Below the pieces are notes generated by a model. It was not told the origin of the DNA. It made no database searches and saw nothing but the letters and a program-made list of their open reading frames with translations. This document shows, one piece after another, positions 34,925 through 37,170 of a DNA stretch of 37,170 bases. Source of the DNA: an uncultured Candidatus Saccharibacteria bacterium (GTDB lineage: Bacteria; Patescibacteriota; Minisyncoccia; Minisyncoccales; PEYH01); assembly GCA_964646075.1 (NCBI GenBank), contig CAZYBZ010000002.1:1-37170 (forward strand), read 5' to 3'. The position numbers were made by a program, and so were the translations under genes. Each line of letters starts with the position of its first letter. Position 1 is the first letter of the stretch.

Positions 34925-35980
34925 CTATTTATCGTTCACCAAATTTATTGGCTTGTCATTTGCGAATTTTTTAATATTTTCAATCGTCGTATCTAAAATT
35001 CTTAATAGCGCCTCTTGACTGTTAAAGGCATTATGAGGAGTAATAATCACATTCTCCATATTAACCAAAAGGCGATTTTGAATTAAAACCTTAAGGTCAT
35101 CCTCTTTTGTTTGGTACCCTTCCACCAAATCATAGACCTCGTATTTGTCAGAAGTAAAAATTTCTAATTCTTCTTTTATTGTTTTTTCGCCTTCTAAGAC
35201 ATCTAGTCCCGCGCCACCCAAGTGTTTGTTTTTTAAGGCTTCAAGCAAAGCTTCTGTTTCTAAAATCCCTCCTCTAGAAGTATTAATTAAAAGAGCCCCT
35301 TTCTTAATCTTATAGATATTATTTTTATTGATTAAGTGATAGGTGGAGGGACTAAGAGGAATGTGCAAAGTTATAATATCAGATTTTGACAACAATTCTT
35401 CCAAATTTTTTACATATTCAAAATCTAGGCTTTTAGCTAAATCTTTGTTAGGGTAAAGATCAGAAGCCAAAACCTTCATTCGAAATCCATTAGCAACATC
35501 AATCACACAACGACCGATATTGCCTGTTCCAATTACTCCTAAGGTTTTACCCTTAAGGTCAAATCCCTGCAAACCCTTTAAAGAGAAACTACCAGTTTCT
35601 TTTATTTGGTCATAGGATTTAAAGATTTTTCGAGAAAGAGCTAGAATCAAAGCGAAAGTATGTTCAGTTACTGTGTTTTCCCCATAAGTTGGCACGTTGG
35701 CTACTAAGATATTACGAGCATTAGTCTCTTTAATATCAATATGGTTAAATCCTGTTGAGCGAGCAGTGATTAATTTTAGGTTAGGCAAAACCTCTAAAAC
35801 CTTAGAATCAATTTTAGAAGTGAGAAAAGGAGAGACAACTTCAAGATTTTTTTCTGCTGGTAAATTGTCAAAAGATATTTTTTCTTCAGAGAAAAAAAGT
35901 TCATTTTCAGAAAGATGTTTTTCAAGATATTCCTTTTCCCAATTTTTAGTTTCAAAAAATCCAATTTTTAATTTTTTCAT
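34925..35980 (-). CDS. D-isomer-specific 2-hydroxyacid dehydrogenase (D-lactate dehydrogenase-like)
   Basis: NAD-binding GVIGTGNIGRCV. Catalytic Arg (NTSRGG), Glu (DVLEGE) and His (TPHNAF). Confidence 0.85.
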   Translation of the reverse strand: MKKLKIGFFETKNWEKEYLEKHLSENELFFSEEKISFDNLPAEKNLEVVSPFLTSKIDSKVLEVLPNLKLITARSTGFNHIDIKETNARNILVANVPTYGENTVTEHTFALILALSRKIFKSYDQIKETGSFSLKGLQGFDLKGKTLGVIGTGNIGRCVIDVANGFRMKVLASDLYPNKDLAKSLDFEYVKNLEELLSKSDIITLHIPLSPSTYHLINKNNIYKIKKGALLINTSRGGILETEALLEALKNKHLGGAGLDVLEGEKTIKEELEIFTSDKYEVYDLVEGYQTKEDDLKVLIQNRLLVNMENVIITPHNAFNSQEALLRILDTTIENIKKFANDKPINLVNDK

Positions 35981-36296
35981 ATTTTTTTCAAAGAATAAAT
36001 TTAATGAATTAAAAAACTATTTATTTTGCTTATAAAACTTGGCGATATCCTGCTCTGAAGAACTTACTGTGGCTATTAATCTATTCAACAAAGGGTTGGG
36101 TAAAGAAGAAGAGATGAAATTCTATTTAATCTAATTTAGTATAACATATTATTTAAAAAAGCCATAGAACAGCCTTTGTTCACACCCTTACTGTCTAAGG
36201 AACTCATTGACGATGAGAATTCTAAGAGAGGGACTTTTTTTATAAAAGTGTTAAAGAATTTGTGGTAAAGCAGTAGATTTTTTAAGCTCGTTTTCC

Positions 36297-36325
36297 TTGA
36301 AAAATTTGCTGTAATGAGCTATGAT
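36297..36325 (+). promoter_or_regulatory. Promoter candidate, TTGAAA(36297-36302)-17 nt-TATGAT(36320-36325), upstream of tRNA-His
   Basis: Read directly. It would give a leader of about 115 nt before the tRNA. Confidence is low because the region is AT-rich. Confidence 0.3.
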
Positions 36326-36446
36326 TAACTCATAAAAAAAACTTGAAACCATTAAGGTCTTCATCGAAACTATTCGAATCTTGAGAATTGGCTATTGTTG
36401 CTATAGGTGGCGAGATGTGTTTGAACTATTTTAAAACACAGGATAT

Positions 36447-36520
36447 GGTGGGCGTAGTGTAATGGTTCAGCACAAGAATTTGTGGAATTCTTAGAGGGAG
36501 TTCGAATCTCCTCGCTCACC
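36447..36520 (+). tRNA. tRNA-His (anticodon GTG) with genomically encoded G-1
   Basis: G(-1)-GTGGGCG-TA-GTGT-AATGGTTCA-GCAC-A-AGAAT-TT GTG GA-ATTCT-TAGA-GGGAG-TTCGAAT-CTCCT-CGCTCAC-C. G-1 can pair with C73. Confidence 0.88.
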
Positions 36521-36532
36521 CATAAAATCCAG

Positions 36533-36556
36533 AAAACCCGCATTTGTGGGTTTTTT
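36533..36556 (+). terminator. Intrinsic terminator directly after tRNA-His
   Basis: AAAACCCGC(36533-36541)-ATTT-GTGGGTTTT(36546-36554), with the T-run continuing to 36556. Confidence 0.65.
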
Positions 36557-36613
36557 GAATCTTGTATTAATTTCCTCAAGATGATACTCTGGAGCTAAGG
36601 GTTGCCCCTACCT

Positions 36614-36686
36614 GCCCCTGTAGTTCAACGGATTAGAATAGTTCCCTCCTAAGGAATAGATGCGGGTTCGATTCCTGCCAGGGGTA
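36614..36686 (+). tRNA. tRNA-Arg (anticodon CCT)
   Basis: GCCCCTG-TA-GTTC-AACGGATTA-GAAT-A-GTTCC-CT CCT AA-GGAAT-AGAT-GCGGG-TTCGATT-CCTGC-CAGGGGT-A. The 1:72 pair is G-U. Confidence 0.82.
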
Positions 36687-36688
36687 AT

Positions 36689-36762
36689 GGGCCCGTAGCT
36701 CAGTTGGCCAGAGCGCTTCGATGGCATCGAAGAAGTCACCGGTTCGACTCCGGTCGGGTCCA
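36689..36762 (+). tRNA. tRNA-Ala (anticodon GGC)
   Basis: GGGCCCG-TA-GCTC-AGTTGGCCA-GAGC-G-CTTCG-AT GGC AT-CGAAG-AAGTC-ACCGG-TTCGACT-CCGGT-CGGGTCC-A. The G3-U70 Ala identity pair is present. It starts 2 nt after tRNA-Arg. Confidence 0.9.
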
Positions 36763-36782
36763 CATAATTAAATTTGAGGGAT

Positions 36783-36814
36783 GTTCCGCCTCGCTCGAAC
36801 GTTCCGTCCTCGCT
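36783..36814 (+). repeat. Two GC-rich direct repeats, GTTCCGCCTCGCT (36783-36795) and GTTCCGTCCTCGCT (36801-36814)
   Basis: Direct reading. They are embedded in a CCGCC...GGCGG stem, just 3' of tRNA-Ala and about 200 nt from the recombinase gene end. Confidence 0.6.
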
Positions 36815-36905
36815 TTGGCGGGTAAAAAATAAAGGTAACTCCAGGGTTTTTGAAATCAATTTCCAGCCGTTTCGCTGTAAAACGGCGGCTCAAGTCGATT
36901 TTTTT

Positions 36906-36935
36906 AAGAGGGTTTTTCCTCTTCTATTTTCTTTT
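36906..36935 (+). terminator. Hairpin AAGAGG-GTTTTT-CCTCTT followed by a T-rich tail
   Basis: 36906-36911 pairs with 36918-36923, followed by CTATTTTCTTTT. This is a plausible end of the tRNA-Arg/Ala transcript. Confidence 0.4.
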
Positions 36936-37010
36936 CATTACTTTATTGGAAAAGATATAATTTTTTTGGTCGGCTTCTGTAAATCATCTGAAGAGTCTAC
37001 AATTTACTTA

Positions 37011-37170
37011 TTATAAAGGGCTTTTAATGTTTTTAAGTTTTGGATTTGTTACTTGGGTGTATCTTTGAGTTGTTCTAATATTCTGATGACCCAATAGCTC
37101 CTGCACATATCTGATATCAACACCATTTTCTAATAAATGTGTGGCAAAACTATGCCTTAATGAATGAAAA
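37011..37170 (-). CDS. Tyrosine recombinase/integrase (XerC/XerD-like), C-terminal 52 codons; the rest lies beyond the window
   Basis: The reverse strand translates [52 protein letters not shown]. This contains the HxLRH, LLGH and catalytic Tyr (RYTQV) boxes. The stop is at 37011-37013. Confidence 0.85.
   Translation of the reverse strand, partial: FHSLRHSFATHLLENGVDIRYVQELLGHQNIRTTQRYTQVTNPKLKNIKSPL

Noticed and set aside
36370-36859. Reverse-strand ORFs 36370-36579 (69 aa) and 36608-36859 (83 aa)
   Set aside because: They run antisense through tRNA-His and through tRNA-Arg/tRNA-Ala respectively. Their apparent coding capacity is a by-product of the GC-rich tRNA sequences.
36774-37016. Forward ORF of 80 aa (TTG start) between tRNA-Ala and the recombinase gene
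   Set aside because: It spans hairpins and T-rich terminator-like sequence, has a low-complexity translation, overlaps the recombinase stop region, and resembles no family I know. I treat it as non-coding.
1-37170. Alternative genetic code (UGA recoding, as in some CPR lineages)
   Set aside because: TGA terminates several well-delimited genes (response regulator, tatD, GlmU-like, PP-loop ATPase). All conserved proteins are full-length under the standard code.
1-37170. Diversity-generating retroelement, retron, CRISPR-Cas, restriction-modification system or transposon
   Set aside because: I found no reverse transcriptase, cas, methyltransferase or transposase ORF. I saw no long near-identical template/variable repeat pair and no terminal inverted repeats flanking a gene.

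Overview
AT-rich, very gene-dense segment transcribed almost entirely on the + strand, with short A/T-only spacers and frequent 4-17 nt gene overlaps. I read it as a Patescibacteria/CPR-type (Parcubacteria-like) chromosome. This is an inference from gene content, not a database result: a CPR-style VirB2/TrbC-like pilin gene, a secretin-less type IV pilus locus with giant pilin-like proteins, a PPIase-less trigger factor, a membrane pyrophosphatase plus a D-2-hydroxyacid dehydrogenase, and no Shine-Dalgarno motifs. The genetic code is standard (TAA, TAG and TGA all end good ORFs). Content in order: PKD-like surface protein fragment; a palindrome/direct-repeat/promoter module with a coiled-coil ORF and a T4SS-type pilin gene; tRNA-Lys; yraN; nusA; hppA; an (ATCACTA)8 microsatellite; tig; clpP; rny; hup; tRNA-Gly; membrane protein; tRNA-Pro; an AbiEii-type toxin-antitoxin pair; sensor kinase plus single-domain response regulator; a type IV pilus locus of nine genes (pilB, pilC, three large pilin-like genes, pilM, pilN, pilO-like, small TM protein); M16 peptidase; AI-2E transporter; metG; tatD; leuS; GlmU-like nucleotidyltransferase; PP-loop ATPase; mscS; an orphan degenerate parA-like gene; D-2-hydroxyacid dehydrogenase (- strand); a tRNA-His/Arg/Ala cluster; and the 3' end of a tyrosine recombinase (- strand) at the window edge. 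I saw no rRNA, CRISPR array, cas gene, transposase or reverse transcriptase. The best candidates for something new are the two-component-linked pilus locus with its 608/331/489-aa pilin-like proteins, the non-canonical AbiEii pair, the palindrome plus triple direct-repeat module that splits a duplicated pilin 5' end, and a recurring promoter-at-start-codon (leaderless) layout in a genome without SD motifs.
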